A stretch of 64,000 bases of DNA from Bdellovibrionales bacterium (GCA_031426555.1 JANPLN010000025.1:32001-96000); one strand, 5' to 3'. Shown: positions 28,208 to 38,364, counted from the first letter of the stretch. Notes: generated from the sequence alone by a model not told the origin. Translations and numbers: made by a program.

Positions 28208-29056
28208 TTACGTTTTTTGCCCACTGATCACTTGAAACCGTTTTGCCAGCGATGCTTCGAGCTCCTCGGTTTTCAAAACAGTCAAAAGATCAATGCACTT
28301 AAATTCTTTGTCGTAGGCCGGCTGGCAAACGATTTTGGCGCCCATCTTCAAATACATTTTCACTAATGACGGAATTAACTTTTCGGCTTCGAGCTGCTCC
28401 GTATCCGTTAACCCCACTGAGAAAATATGAATCCAAGATTCCATCTGCGGCATATGAAACTCCGCTGTTGGAGCCACCGAGTTTTGCGAAAGCACATGAC
28501 CTTGCTGACGGAGATACTCAAAAACCAGTGCCGCTTCACGCGCGAGATGAACTTTCACGCTGGAGCAGCCAAACAAAGTTTTAGCCTTTGATTGATTCAT
28601 GTATTCTGCGATCCCACGAAATAACAGCGCCATGACGGCACCTTTACGATGGTCCTTGTGAATGCAGGCGCGCCCTAACTCCAAGTAAGGTCCTTGAAAA
28701 TCTTTGAGGTCACTCATGTTAAACTCTTGGGCCGTGTAGGCCTGGCTCAAGCCGTCGGATGCACGTAGGCGATACGTGCCAACCACTGTCTGCGTGGCTT
28801 TATGAACAATGAGTAGATGGTCAAAAGAACGGTCGTGTTTATCGATATCGAGGCCGTAGCGCATGATTTCGCGAAATTCCCTGTGGAAAACTTCGTGACG
28901 CAGGCGGAAGGTTTTTAGCAGTTCATCCACAGTATCGGCTGTTTTTATAAGGTAGGGGCCTAATTCCAAGTTTAACGAAATCATGGGCTTAAACTTACCT
29001 AATCCATTCCAGCGCACTTGAGTTGTTTCTTTGATGTGAGTGAGCAATTTGAGCAT
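28208..29056 (-). CDS. GNAT N-acyltransferase, OlsB-like (ornithine/amino-lipid synthesis)
   Basis: FRLRHEVF, DIDKHD..FDHLLI, VVGTYRL, ELGRACI, LFGCSS, YLKMGA, DKEFKCID. Confidence 0.85.
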   Translation of the reverse strand: MLKLLTHIKETTQVRWNGLGKFKPMISLNLELGPYLIKTADTVDELLKTFRLRHEVFHREFREIMRYGLDIDKHDRSFDHLLIVHKATQTVVGTYRLRASDGLSQAYTAQEFNMSDLKDFQGPYLELGRACIHKDHRKGAVMALLFRGIAEYMNQSKAKTLFGCSSVKVHLAREAALVFEYLRQQGHVLSQNSVAPTAEFHMPQMESWIHIFSVGLTDTEQLEAEKLIPSLVKMYLKMGAKIVCQPAYDKEFKCIDLLTVLKTEELEASLAKRFQVISGQKT

Positions 29057-29183
29057 ACGAACCTCCGCTTTTAAGTAAGTTTAAGACAACAAAGAGAATC
29101 GTTGTGTTTACTTTTGGTTAATAGATGCTGACACAATCTTGATGTGACCTTTTGCCAAAGACCCATCAGGCTAGGGCCACGAG

Positions 29184-29891
29184 GTGATCGTGTCCATTGC
29201 ACTCACTACAGAATTTATCACTCAACTGGGCTTCACGGTCTTAAAAAGCTACTTGCCTTCTTCATCCGTCGAAGATTTACAATGGGACTGGTCACAACGA
29301 ACTCTCGCGAAATTTAAAGTCTCTCTGCAGGTTAAAGGTCAGATTCATCACCAGCGACCCATGATTTTTGTTGGCAACCACATTAGCTACTTTGACATTG
29401 TACTTTTAATGTCGACGGTTCCCGCCGTTTCCTTTGTTGCGAAAAAAGAATTGGCAAACTGGCCTATCTTTGGTCATGCCGCTCGAAAAACGAAAACGAT
29501 TTTTGTGAAACGAGAGAAGGACCAGTCGCGCAAAGAAGCGCGCACCTCCATTTTGCAGGCTCTCACAGACCAGCAGCGTATTTGCGTATTTCCTTCGGGC
29601 ACCACTGGCTTGAATGAAAGCAAAGTATGGAGACGCGGTATTTTTGAAGTGGCACAACAGGCCAATGCACTGGTTCAGCCTTTTCGAGTTTCCTACGAAC
29701 CTTTGCGAGAGATCGCCTACATCGACGACGACTTTTTTCCACTACATCTACTCCGCTTGATGCGACTTAAAAAGATTCGCGCCAAAATCGAATTTCACAA
29801 ACCCGTGCATATTACCAATCCCGAAGCGGATTGTGAAACCTGGAGACAGTGGTCTCAGGACTCAGCTTTTCACAAATCAAACCACGAATAA
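29184..29891 (+). CDS. Lysophospholipid acyltransferase (PlsC/OlsA family)
   Basis: NHISYFD (HX4D), FVAKKEL, VFPSGT. Confidence 0.88.
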   Translation: MIVSIALTTEFITQLGFTVLKSYLPSSSVEDLQWDWSQRTLAKFKVSLQVKGQIHHQRPMIFVGNHISYFDIVLLMSTVPAVSFVAKKELANWPIFGHAARKTKTIFVKREKDQSRKEARTSILQALTDQQRICVFPSGTTGLNESKVWRRGIFEVAQQANALVQPFRVSYEPLREIAYIDDDFFPLHLLRLMRLKKIRAKIEFHKPVHITNPEADCETWRQWSQDSAFHKSNHE

Positions 29892-31786
29892 AGATTGTTC
29901 TGAATCAAACTGTTATTGTAGTACTGGATATACAACTTCATGCGACCTTCCATGGAATGCCGCACGCTCTCGTGGTCGGATATCGGATGCAATTGCTGAG
30001 CATCGGAATTGGCGTAGAGAGTTCCTTTGTGATCTTGATCCGAAAAATGTAAAAAATAATTTTCGCGAACCAACCAGTACCCACCAAAGGTATAAAACAC
30101 CGCTTCCCCCTCTTGGGCTGGATCGAAAACCGACCGACCAAACAGCAAATACGGCTCGTTATCAATTCCCCAAAAATCCAAGATCGTTGGCAAGATGTCG
30201 GAGTGATGGGTGACCTTTAAGGTATTCAGTGCCGATAAATCCTTTGCAGGATGAAAGAGCAAAAGCGGCACTTGGTGCCGACCCACTTGTGTTTCGTTGG
30301 TTTCCGATTCCGACATTTGCGAATGGTCACCAGTGATGATAAAGAGCGTGTTTTTATACCATGGCTGTTTTTTAGCCTCTTCGAAAAACCGTTTCAGCGA
30401 ATAGTCCACATAACCTATGCTCTGGTGAATCTGCATTCGACCGCGCGGGAAAACCTCTTGGTATTGCGTTGGCACATGGTAGGGTTGATGGGAGCTGATG
30501 GTAAAGACTGTGGATAGAAACGGCTGCGGGTGCTCGTTGAGTTTGGTCACCATAAACTGCAAAAAAGGCTCGTCGTAAATTCCCCAGTGCCCATCAAAAT
30601 CAGCTTTTTGTGGATAACTTTCCATGGGGAAGTAATTATCAAAACCCGCCATGGCCGCAATGGCGTCGAAATACATAGTTCCTTTGGGAGCCCCATGAAA
30701 AAAACTAGCATGCACACCCGCACGTTTTGCAATATGGCCAAGGCCATTCCAGCGGTTGCCATAGTAGTTGGTTTTTACGATGGGCGTGGGCACAAAGGAA
30801 GGCACGCCAAAAAAAACAGCTGGGAGTGCGTCGATGGAACGGCGTCCATTGGCGTAATTGTTTTTAAACAAAGCACCTTGTTTTGCCAATGTATCTAAAA
30901 AGGGAGTGAAGCCTCGACCGTCGTTAACACTTCCCCAAAATTCCGCTCCAAAACTTTCTAAAATAATTATAACAACGTTTTGTTTTTGCGAAGGGTTCCG
31001 AAAGGAAGAAGGCATGCGCAATGATTTTTTTTGCGGTTTTAATTGCGCGAATACATCCTGGGTGGAGGCGAAAAAGTTGACGGGCTTTAACGTGACTCCC
31101 CGGCGAGTTTTTAAAAGGGTAAACGAGGAATTCAGCGTTAAAACTCCAAGCTCCGGCGAGGCTCCTGAAGAATAGGCATGTATCGGTTGCAGCGGTTTTG
31201 GCTGAAACCCACCGCGCACACCAAACACGAAGATAAAAACACTTACAAAGAATAGCGTACTAACGCGCAGCGCCCGCGGCCACGGAAGCACATTGAAGGT
31301 TGCGTTCGCCTGCGCGGGTTTTGGAAAAAAACGATACAGCGCAATCAGTGCCGCCAAAGCCAGGCCAAAAAGGTGCCAGTAATGGATTAAAAATTGATCC
31401 AGCTGATGAACAGCTTCGCTGCGAAAAAACAATACGTCTAAATTCATTCGATGCCCAGTAAACTTGTAATATTCCGCGTCCGCCAGATTGGCGAGAACAA
31501 AGGGGAAATTAAATACTAAAAAAACAGCGCGCAAGAAACTCTGATACTGGCGTTGAAGAAAGACTCTTTGTGGAACAAGAACAATACATAAAAAAAGAAA
31601 TAAATTCAGCATTAACAGAGTTGAAAAGTCGAATCGAATTCCATGCAGAAAACTTTTTGCTAGCGACACCGGCGCGTGATGAGCATACACTTTAAAATTG
31701 AGATAAAGAAATGCTGCCCGCATAAGGCTGTACACACTCAAAATCACGATTAAAATTTTCCCTAGATATCGTAAACGCATCCGCAA
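29870..31786 (-). CDS. LTA synthase / MdoB-family phosphoglycerol transferase (sulfatase-like)
   Basis: N-terminal TM block, NVVIIILESF, TPFLD, TISSHQPY, ITGDH, DILPTILD. Confidence 0.88.
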   Translation of the reverse strand: MRMRLRYLGKILIVILSVYSLMRAAFLYLNFKVYAHHAPVSLAKSFLHGIRFDFSTLLMLNLFLFLCIVLVPQRVFLQRQYQSFLRAVFLVFNFPFVLANLADAEYYKFTGHRMNLDVLFFRSEAVHQLDQFLIHYWHLFGLALAALIALYRFFPKPAQANATFNVLPWPRALRVSTLFFVSVFIFVFGVRGGFQPKPLQPIHAYSSGASPELGVLTLNSSFTLLKTRRGVTLKPVNFFASTQDVFAQLKPQKKSLRMPSSFRNPSQKQNVVIIILESFGAEFWGSVNDGRGFTPFLDTLAKQGALFKNNYANGRRSIDALPAVFFGVPSFVPTPIVKTNYYGNRWNGLGHIAKRAGVHASFFHGAPKGTMYFDAIAAMAGFDNYFPMESYPQKADFDGHWGIYDEPFLQFMVTKLNEHPQPFLSTVFTISSHQPYHVPTQYQEVFPRGRMQIHQSIGYVDYSLKRFFEEAKKQPWYKNTLFIITGDHSQMSESETNETQVGRHQVPLLLFHPAKDLSALNTLKVTHHSDILPTILDFWGIDNEPYLLFGRSVFDPAQEGEAVFYTFGGYWLVRENYFLHFSDQDHKGTLYANSDAQQLHPISDHESVRHSMEGRMKLYIQYYNNSLIQNNLYSWFDL

Positions 31787-31789
31787 TAC

Positions 31790-32035
31790 TTAGCGGTGAG
31801 GGATAAGTTGTTTTTTAATAGATCCCGCGAGGAAAACTTTTTTTCCGATGGTTGGCTCCTGCCCCGAAAACCAACTCTGCCGACTCATCACCCATTTTTG
31901 TTTTTTATCCACCGATTGTAAGATAATTCGCGACGAATCATAGCTGTACACAGTATAGGACGAGAGATCGGTTTTGATAGACATTCCTGCAAACGCTGTT
32001 ACGGCAATAAAAAAAATATTAAGTACAAACATCAT
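31790..32035 (-). CDS. Small secreted hypothetical protein
   Basis: Signal-peptide-like N-terminus; tightly packed between co-oriented neighbours. Confidence 0.5.
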   Translation of the reverse strand: MMFVLNIFFIAVTAFAGMSIKTDLSSYTVYSYDSSRIILQSVDKKQKWVMSRQSWFSGQEPTIGKKVFLAGSIKKQLIPHR

Positions 32036-32044
32036 CTTTGCTCC

Positions 32045-32710
32045 TTATTGACCGATGGGAGTGGTGGGCGAACGTGCTGGAGCCGAAGAAGGTGGTGACG
32101 ACGTCGGCAGAGTGACTCCGCAACCGGCAAAATCAACGGCTTGCGGCCGCGACGATGAAACTTTAGACGAAAAATCAACAGTGGGGGTGCTGGCCTGTGG
32201 TTGGTCAAACCCGACGGAGCGAGTGCCCACCATTTTGGCGGCTCGTATTGTGGCGATGGTTCTCCCCTTGTTGTCGCGGATGCCAACGTTCATGGTCATA
32301 ATATCTCCCACCACATTGCAAGTTAGCTGGATGGCGGATTGACCATTCTGCTTCGAAAATAAAGCTGTGGCGCCGGCCGCGCTGTCGCCCATTGCTAACG
32401 GCGTTGGATTTTGTTTTTCGTTTTCATCTGCCGCAATAGGCATTACTTTCTTTAGATCGTCATAGCCGTAATTTTTAACAGTTCCATTCAGCGTAGTGGC
32501 AGCCCCCCAGGAGTAACCACCGGCCTGCTGTTGGCAGCGCAAAGTATTTACCATTCCATCGGGTGTGACGTACTCAAAGCTTTGCGACGTTAAACTGACG
32601 GAATTGAATGGAAATGGTGAATTTTGTAAATTGATTGTTTTGGGAATTTCTAAACAGGCCTCGGCCATGGAAAATCCGCAGAGCAAAAGTAAAATAGCGG
32701 CTATCTTCAT
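32045..32710 (-). CDS. Secreted hypothetical protein
   Basis: GGGGAGGTGAGG RBS, signal peptide, Pro/Ser-rich tail. Confidence 0.6.
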   Translation of the reverse strand: MKIAAILLLLCGFSMAEACLEIPKTINLQNSPFPFNSVSLTSQSFEYVTPDGMVNTLRCQQQAGGYSWGAATTLNGTVKNYGYDDLKKVMPIAADENEKQNPTPLAMGDSAAGATALFSKQNGQSAIQLTCNVVGDIMTMNVGIRDNKGRTIATIRAAKMVGTRSVGFDQPQASTPTVDFSSKVSSSRPQAVDFAGCGVTLPTSSPPSSAPARSPTTPIGQ

Positions 32711-32736
32711 CCTCACCTCCCCTTGTCTTTTGATTC

Positions 32737-33378
32737 TTGCGTTCATCACCGAGGTGGTCAAGCCTTGACTCCGTCCCTTTATTTTTTAATATGGGCCCCG
32801 TGGAAAATCTCTTGCCTCGCGACGGTTCCGTACAGCTCTACGAAAACTTTATTACCACCCACAGGGCAGACCAACTCTTCTCGCAGCTGCTTGTTAACAC
32901 ACCCTGGCGCCACGACTCCATTACCCTTTTTGGCAAGCGAGTTTTGCAACCCCGCCACACCTCGTGGCATGGTGATGCCCAAAAAAAATACACCTACTCT
33001 GGCTTAACACTGGATCCCCAGCCGTGGACCGAGGAGTTGCTTTTTTTACGTGATCAGCTTTTAAAGCGCACTGGGTACGAATTTAATTCCGCTCTGCTAA
33101 ATCTCTACAGAGATCAAAAGGACAGCATGGGCTGGCACCGCGACAACGAAAAAGAGCTGGGGCCAGAGCCGGTCATTGCCTCCTTAAGTTTTGGGCAAAG
33201 TCGAACGTTTTTTCTGCGCCACATGCAGGACAAATCCCTTAAAGTGGGGCTGGAACTGCACCACGGCAGTCTCTTGTTGATGTCTAAAACCACGCAGACT
33301 TTTTGGGAACACTCACTTCCCAAGCGAACCCGGCCCCTCGACCCCCGTATTAATATTACATTTCGAGCAATTTTGTGA
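32737..33378 (+). CDS. alkB: AlkB-family 2OG-Fe(II) dioxygenase (ALKBH2/3-like)
   Basis: QPR, YTYSG, FNSALLNLYRD..DSMGWHRDNE, WEHSLPK, RINITFR; true start may be downstream. Confidence 0.9.
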   Translation: MRSSPRWSSLDSVPLFFNMGPVENLLPRDGSVQLYENFITTHRADQLFSQLLVNTPWRHDSITLFGKRVLQPRHTSWHGDAQKKYTYSGLTLDPQPWTEELLFLRDQLLKRTGYEFNSALLNLYRDQKDSMGWHRDNEKELGPEPVIASLSFGQSRTFFLRHMQDKSLKVGLELHHGSLLLMSKTTQTFWEHSLPKRTRPLDPRINITFRAIL

Positions 33379-33437
33379 CCCCCCCTTGCGCCCGCCGAAA
33401 AAGCTAGATATAGAACTTTATCTTTATTGGGGGGCTC

Positions 33438-34304
33438 ATGAAGTTTTCGTTTTTAATCACACTCGGTATCATCAGTGCTTTTTTAACAGCTTGTGGCGGC
33501 GGGGGTGGTGGTGGTTCCGCACCCAAAGGTGGCGAACTGTTTAAGAAAGACATGGAGTGGCTTTCACGTTCAACATTGATGTCGGCAAAGTCCGTTGATG
33601 GACAAATGAATGGCGCTTTAACCAAAGCCTTCGGCGGTTCAGCCAATTCAGATGTAAGCCTGTTTATCGAAGAACGAATAAAATACGTTTACAACGTTTC
33701 AGAAGCCTTAAACTTTAAAGTTCTTTTCTATAGCTCTGGCTCGTTGCTGGGAACAATGACTATGCGCGATCTTATCGGCGGTGAGACTGATCCCGCGAAG
33801 GATTTCACGGCTGGAATGAATATCGGCACAGGCTTAGCCATGGAAGAGTATAACAATGGCTACGACATCAAAGTTCAACTGCCAGAGGGTCTCGTCGAAG
33901 CAGGTTCCTATCGCATGGGCTTAGTTTTCATCACTAAACATTATTCTGTTCAGCTTGGTGATAAGGGCAAACAGTACACGCGACCTACAGAGGGCCGCGT
34001 GAGTATCCTTGTGCACGAAGCTCGCCACTCCGATTGCCCCAACGGACAGGGAAAAGCCGATTGTGGCTTTGGCCATGGTGAATGCACTTCCGGTGACATG
34101 GCAGGACTCCCTGCCTGCGATAATAGTTTATGGGGCCCCTACGCCATGGGTGCTCTTTATTTAAAAGCCACTCAAAACAACCATCCTTACGATTCCACAG
34201 AGTATCGCATCATCGAATTTATGGCTGACGATGCACTGTCGCGTTTGGATACCGCGCAAAAAAATGCTCTCTATAATTCAGATCCAGAATTAGATTCCAT
34301 TTAG
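33438..34304 (+). CDS. Lipoprotein with an HEXXH motif (putative zinc metallopeptidase)
   Basis: LTAC lipobox plus Gly run; LVHEARH followed by four Cys. Confidence 0.6.
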   Translation: MKFSFLITLGIISAFLTACGGGGGGGSAPKGGELFKKDMEWLSRSTLMSAKSVDGQMNGALTKAFGGSANSDVSLFIEERIKYVYNVSEALNFKVLFYSSGSLLGTMTMRDLIGGETDPAKDFTAGMNIGTGLAMEEYNNGYDIKVQLPEGLVEAGSYRMGLVFITKHYSVQLGDKGKQYTRPTEGRVSILVHEARHSDCPNGQGKADCGFGHGECTSGDMAGLPACDNSLWGPYAMGALYLKATQNNHPYDSTEYRIIEFMADDALSRLDTAQKNALYNSDPELDSI

Positions 34305-34305
34305 G

Positions 34306-34842
34306 ATGAAGCAGAAAATATTTTTTTCTATTGTCCTATTAGTTATCCTTGGAGGTGCCTACTACTGGAACACCCCCGACGGGATCAAAAGTGGAGAGCC
34401 TCAGGTGACGAACACGCCACTCCCCCTCTTTACTTCCACCGAAGCGGTGGAAGAAGGAGCGGCAGCGGTCGCAGGGTCACCCGGCGATACGTTGAATGAA
34501 CCTCTGACTCATAAAATAAAAAACTACAAAGTCGGCAAAGGCGCTGAGTATCGCGCCGAACTCGAAAAAAATCCCCATCAAACCCCCGACACTGCGGTTG
34601 TATCGGCGCTAGAACTGGGCGAGATCTTTGACGGTGTTAAAAACGATACCGACGCTGACCAAGCCTTTCAATTTTTTGCCAACTGCGTGAACAACGAGAC
34701 GGTGGTCTCCCTGCAAACATCCTGTTTGCGCTACGCCAAAAGGCTGAGCGAAAACTACTCTTCTCTCCGTGCGCTTTGGCCCAGTCTTGAAGCCTCGGCT
34801 AGCGACGAGGTCAGAGACGTTCTCAAATTTGATCAGCGCTAG
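34306..34842 (+). CDS. Hypothetical membrane-anchored protein
   Basis: N-terminal TM helix, helical C-terminal domain with two Cys. Confidence 0.6.
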   Translation: MKQKIFFSIVLLVILGGAYYWNTPDGIKSGEPQVTNTPLPLFTSTEAVEEGAAAVAGSPGDTLNEPLTHKIKNYKVGKGAEYRAELEKNPHQTPDTAVVSALELGEIFDGVKNDTDADQAFQFFANCVNNETVVSLQTSCLRYAKRLSENYSSLRALWPSLEASASDEVRDVLKFDQR

Positions 34843-34921
34843 GGTGCATCCCTCATATTAAAAATTGTATCATCAAAACTCGACTTCATTTGGAGCACTG
34901 TCTGTCCGATAGTGAGACGGT

Positions 34922-34948
34922 TTAACTTTTAAAAATAGTCACCGATAA
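34922..34948 (+). promoter_or_regulatory. Putative sigma28 (FliA) promoter
   Basis: TTAA-N15-ACCGATAA versus consensus TAAA-N15-GCCGATAA. Confidence 0.5.
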
Positions 34949-34980
34949 GACTTAGATCGTGTTTCATGGAGGACATAGAA

Positions 34981-35670
34981 GTGGTAAGGCTGCTAACGTT
35001 AGGCATTCTTTTTTCGGTATTGAGCAGTGCCTGCACCCGTGCAGGTCAAGATAGCTCAAACTCCACGCTACGAATACAAACTCCCACCCGCGATCAACTT
35101 TTTAAATCCGGTGTGAATTCCTTCGCTGCACTTCCCACAGACCGACGCCTTTGTTACGGCGTCAGCATCAACGGCCCCGGCATTACGGGCTTTACAGGCT
35201 CGCAGTGCGCTCCTGCCACCGGCACGGTCAGTGGCTTTGTTGAAGAGGGTCAGGCGTTAGAAATTTTTGTCGCTCGCGGCGAAAACCGCAACATCGAACT
35301 CTATATGTACACCATGCCCGTAGGCAGCACAGCGCCTTGCCCGATCATGGGTGCCAACATGCAAGGGACTGGTTTAAAATCCACCTACTTGGTTGGTTCA
35401 AAAACCGGCGTGGCACTATTAAATGATATTGAAACCGTCGAAATCACCTTGGCGTTTCCAGGGCTCAGTACGTCGGTGGCCACGCAACTCAATACGCCGA
35501 TCTCTTGTACTCCCGGTGCGGCACCCGCACCCTTTAGCGGATTTCATGTTTCTTCGGGCGCAGGAACGGTGAATGGAACAGGAATTAAGTTACTCGGTCG
35601 AATCGGTCGTCCACAGTCCGGTACAACAGCGACAGGAACAGGTTTAATTTTGCACGGAAAGATTAAATAA
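34981..35670 (+). CDS. Hypothetical lipoprotein upstream of the fibre gene
   Basis: GGAGG RBS plus GTG, SSAC lipobox, Cys-containing beta-rich domain. Confidence 0.65.
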   Translation: MVRLLTLGILFSVLSSACTRAGQDSSNSTLRIQTPTRDQLFKSGVNSFAALPTDRRLCYGVSINGPGITGFTGSQCAPATGTVSGFVEEGQALEIFVARGENRNIELYMYTMPVGSTAPCPIMGANMQGTGLKSTYLVGSKTGVALLNDIETVEITLAFPGLSTSVATQLNTPISCTPGAAPAPFSGFHVSSGAGTVNGTGIKLLGRIGRPQSGTTATGTGLILHGKIK

Positions 35671-35682
35671 GAGGAAATTAAA

Positions 35683-37965
35683 ATGAAAAAAATATGTTTT
35701 TTATTTGCGACGGCGTCTTTGCTTCCGCTGCACCTCTTTGCTCAAGCCGTTCCACTTCCTCAAGTGCTCAACTTTGACGGGCAACTCATCAACAGTGCAA
35801 CAAACACTCCGATCACAACAACAGTCCCCGTGGAGTTCGAAATTTTCGATGGCAGCGGTACGCCCTATTGTCTGTTGTACAAAGAAACCCAATCCGTCAC
35901 ACCCAACGCCGACGGCGAGTTTAGTGTAAAAATTGGCCCCGGCACGGGGAACACGAGTCCTGCCGACGACGGCGATATCTTATGGCCCGCTATTTTTAGC
36001 AACAACGGACAAGTTCGCGCCCACAACACAACGTTTTGTAACACTGGCTACACGCCAGCGGCTGGGCACGCCCGCAAGCTACGTGTCACTGTCAACGGAG
36101 TCACACTCACACCCGACTACACCATTGCGCCAGTTCCCATGGCAACTGTCGCAGAAACTTTACAGGGCAAAGTGGCCAACGATTTTTTATTATCGGCTCC
36201 CGCGTCTAACACCTCCGTGCTCTCTGGTAATTTGCGTTTGAATAGTAATTTTGGCCTGCAACTTATGAATACTTCCTCGACCAATTTTGTAACACTTCAA
36301 TCCCCTGGTGGATTAACTGCAGACTACTCCCTTGTCTTACCAATGAACGATGGCAACAACGGCGAAGTTTTATCTACTGATGGCAACGGAATTCTCAGTT
36401 GGATCGTGCCCAGCGGCGGCGGAGCTGTCGCCTCTGTTTTTGGTCGCACTGGTACTGTAGTTTCTGCGAGCGGCGACTACACAGCCACGCAAATTACGAA
36501 CACTGCGGCAGGCAATATCGCAGCCGTCACCGTACAAGCCGCCATCAACGAATTGGACAACGAAAAGCTTTCGGCTGCATCTGGCGTTATTTCCAGCGCG
36601 ATGATTGCCACGAGTGCTGTGACCTCGTCACATATTGCCGCCAACACGATCACGAGTGCAGACATCAGCGATGTGAGCATTTCGCAAATCATTAACGGAA
36701 CAGGCCTCTATTTTGGCTATCGACCTAATAACTTGGCCTGCGCCGACGGCGAGATCCTAAAGTGGGATAACACAAACACGCGCTGGATCTGTGCCAGCCC
36801 TTTTGCACTCCCGACGCATGCTGGAAATGCAGGACGCCTTCTAAAAACAGACGGAACTTCCGCTGCGTGGTCGACAAATTTCATTGAAGATGGGTCTGGC
36901 AATATCGGGATTGGAACTGCGGCTCCCGCAACTTTACTCCACATCGTTGCCCCTGTGGCGACTCAGACAATTGAAAGTACAAGCACGTCTCAACCAGGAC
37001 GCTTAATGATTAGCAGTCCTAAGAACAGCGCGAATTTATCGGTGGGTGATATTGTTTTTCAAAATACATCGAATGGAAACTCTTTTGCATCCATCAAGGG
37101 ACTCACTGATACTACCGGGATTGCCAACGGGGCCCTCGTTTTTTCTACGGGCACAACCAGTCCTACGGAAAAAGTACGAATCAACACCGCAGGCTCTATG
37201 GGCATTGGAATCCCTGCGCCAGACACTAGGCTCGATGTCAATGGAACGATCACGTCTCGTCCCCACGGAGTTGCGGCGGGCGAAAGCGGTCGAATCCTCA
37301 TGCGTGAACTTGCGGCCAATGGCATAAACTTCGCGGGAATTCGTGCTCCTGATTCAATATCTGCCGACTACGTTTTAACTTTGCCTACTTCCGCTGGAAT
37401 TACAGGACAGGTGCTACAAACTGATGGCACAGGCGTCTTAAGCTGGATCACTCCGACGTTCCTACCTCCCGTCGACTCCCTAGATTTCATGCATTTTTCA
37501 GACACCATGACCCTGGATGCAAGCACAGATATCGCCGCTTCAGGAACCAACGCCCTTTCAGTCACTAATACTGGGACTGGTGTTTCTTTCAAAGTGAATG
37601 ATGGCGCTGCCGACACATCACCGTTTGTTATCGACGCGAACGGCAACGTTGGCGTCGGTACTGTAGCACCCAATGCAAAATTGGATGTTGCAGGCACTGT
37701 AAAGCTGGGCATTGACGGAACCGCATTCCAGGCAAGCGGAGTGTGCGTAATCACCTCCACGAGTTATTCGCCCGGAAGCGAGCAAACACAAAGTTGTCCG
37801 GGGATACCCGCCGCGACGACGAACGTTGCTGTACATTGTAGTCCGTCTCCGGCTGTTCTTGGATATATCACTGCCCGCGCGACGGGGTCTTTAAATACAA
37901 TTGGTATCACCGTCGGAATCACGGCAACATCGACTACCATGACTTGCATGTGGATGGTACCGTAA
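35683..37965 (+). CDS. Phage-tail-fibre-like surface adhesin (Bdellovibrio MAT-type fibre)
   Basis: Signal peptide; CLLYKETQ N-domain; LP..G..G.VL.TDG.G.LSW repeats; CADGEILKW..RWIC; GNIGIGT/GNVGVGT repeats. Confidence 0.75.
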   Translation: MKKICFLFATASLLPLHLFAQAVPLPQVLNFDGQLINSATNTPITTTVPVEFEIFDGSGTPYCLLYKETQSVTPNADGEFSVKIGPGTGNTSPADDGDILWPAIFSNNGQVRAHNTTFCNTGYTPAAGHARKLRVTVNGVTLTPDYTIAPVPMATVAETLQGKVANDFLLSAPASNTSVLSGNLRLNSNFGLQLMNTSSTNFVTLQSPGGLTADYSLVLPMNDGNNGEVLSTDGNGILSWIVPSGGGAVASVFGRTGTVVSASGDYTATQITNTAAGNIAAVTVQAAINELDNEKLSAASGVISSAMIATSAVTSSHIAANTITSADISDVSISQIINGTGLYFGYRPNNLACADGEILKWDNTNTRWICASPFALPTHAGNAGRLLKTDGTSAAWSTNFIEDGSGNIGIGTAAPATLLHIVAPVATQTIESTSTSQPGRLMISSPKNSANLSVGDIVFQNTSNGNSFASIKGLTDTTGIANGALVFSTGTTSPTEKVRINTAGSMGIGIPAPDTRLDVNGTITSRPHGVAAGESGRILMRELAANGINFAGIRAPDSISADYVLTLPTSAGITGQVLQTDGTGVLSWITPTFLPPVDSLDFMHFSDTMTLDASTDIAASGTNALSVTNTGTGVSFKVNDGAADTSPFVIDANGNVGVGTVAPNAKLDVAGTVKLGIDGTAFQASGVCVITSTSYSPGSEQTQSCPGIPAATTNVAVHCSPSPAVLGYITARATGSLNTIGITVGITATSTTMTCMWMVP

Positions 37966-37984
37966 ATGAGACGCGCTCTGAAAA

Positions 37985-38359
37985 CTACGGCGCAACCGCA
38001 GTGATCCAATCGGAAATAATTTGCAGCTCTGAGGCATCCAGCGCCGGTTGATTGTCTGGCATGTCTTTAGCTCCGCAGGAGCCTGTGCTTCCTTGCAAGC
38101 GACAAAAAACTTTTGAAGTATCTGGGCTGCCTGCAATGACTAAGCCTTCAGCGACAAATTGCGCTTCGGTTTTTGATGAAAAATCACTGTGGCAGCCTCC
38201 GCCAGCGCAACTTCCTACGAACAACGTTTTTGCGGCGATAAATTCGGCCGAGTCACCGGGATTTACTGTGAGACCACCGGCATCACCGGAGCTTGAATCT
38301 TGATTTTCAAAGCAACCAGTAAGCAAAATTAAAAAAATAAAAAAAATGACGTGCTTCAT
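37985..38359 (-). CDS. Monoheme cytochrome c-like lipoprotein (planctomycete cytochrome C type, CX4CH)
   Basis: LTGC lipobox, SCAGGGCH, LVIAGSPDTS, DMP (distal Met), ISDWI. Confidence 0.65.
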   Translation of the reverse strand: MKHVIFFIFLILLTGCFENQDSSSGDAGGLTVNPGDSAEFIAAKTLFVGSCAGGGCHSDFSSKTEAQFVAEGLVIAGSPDTSKVFCRLQGSTGSCGAKDMPDNQPALDASELQIISDWITAVAP

Positions 38360-38364
38360 TTTAT

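Noticed and set aside
35683..37965. Prophage tail fibre gene
   Set aside because: It has a Sec signal peptide and no phage neighbours, which fits a host-encoded adhesin.
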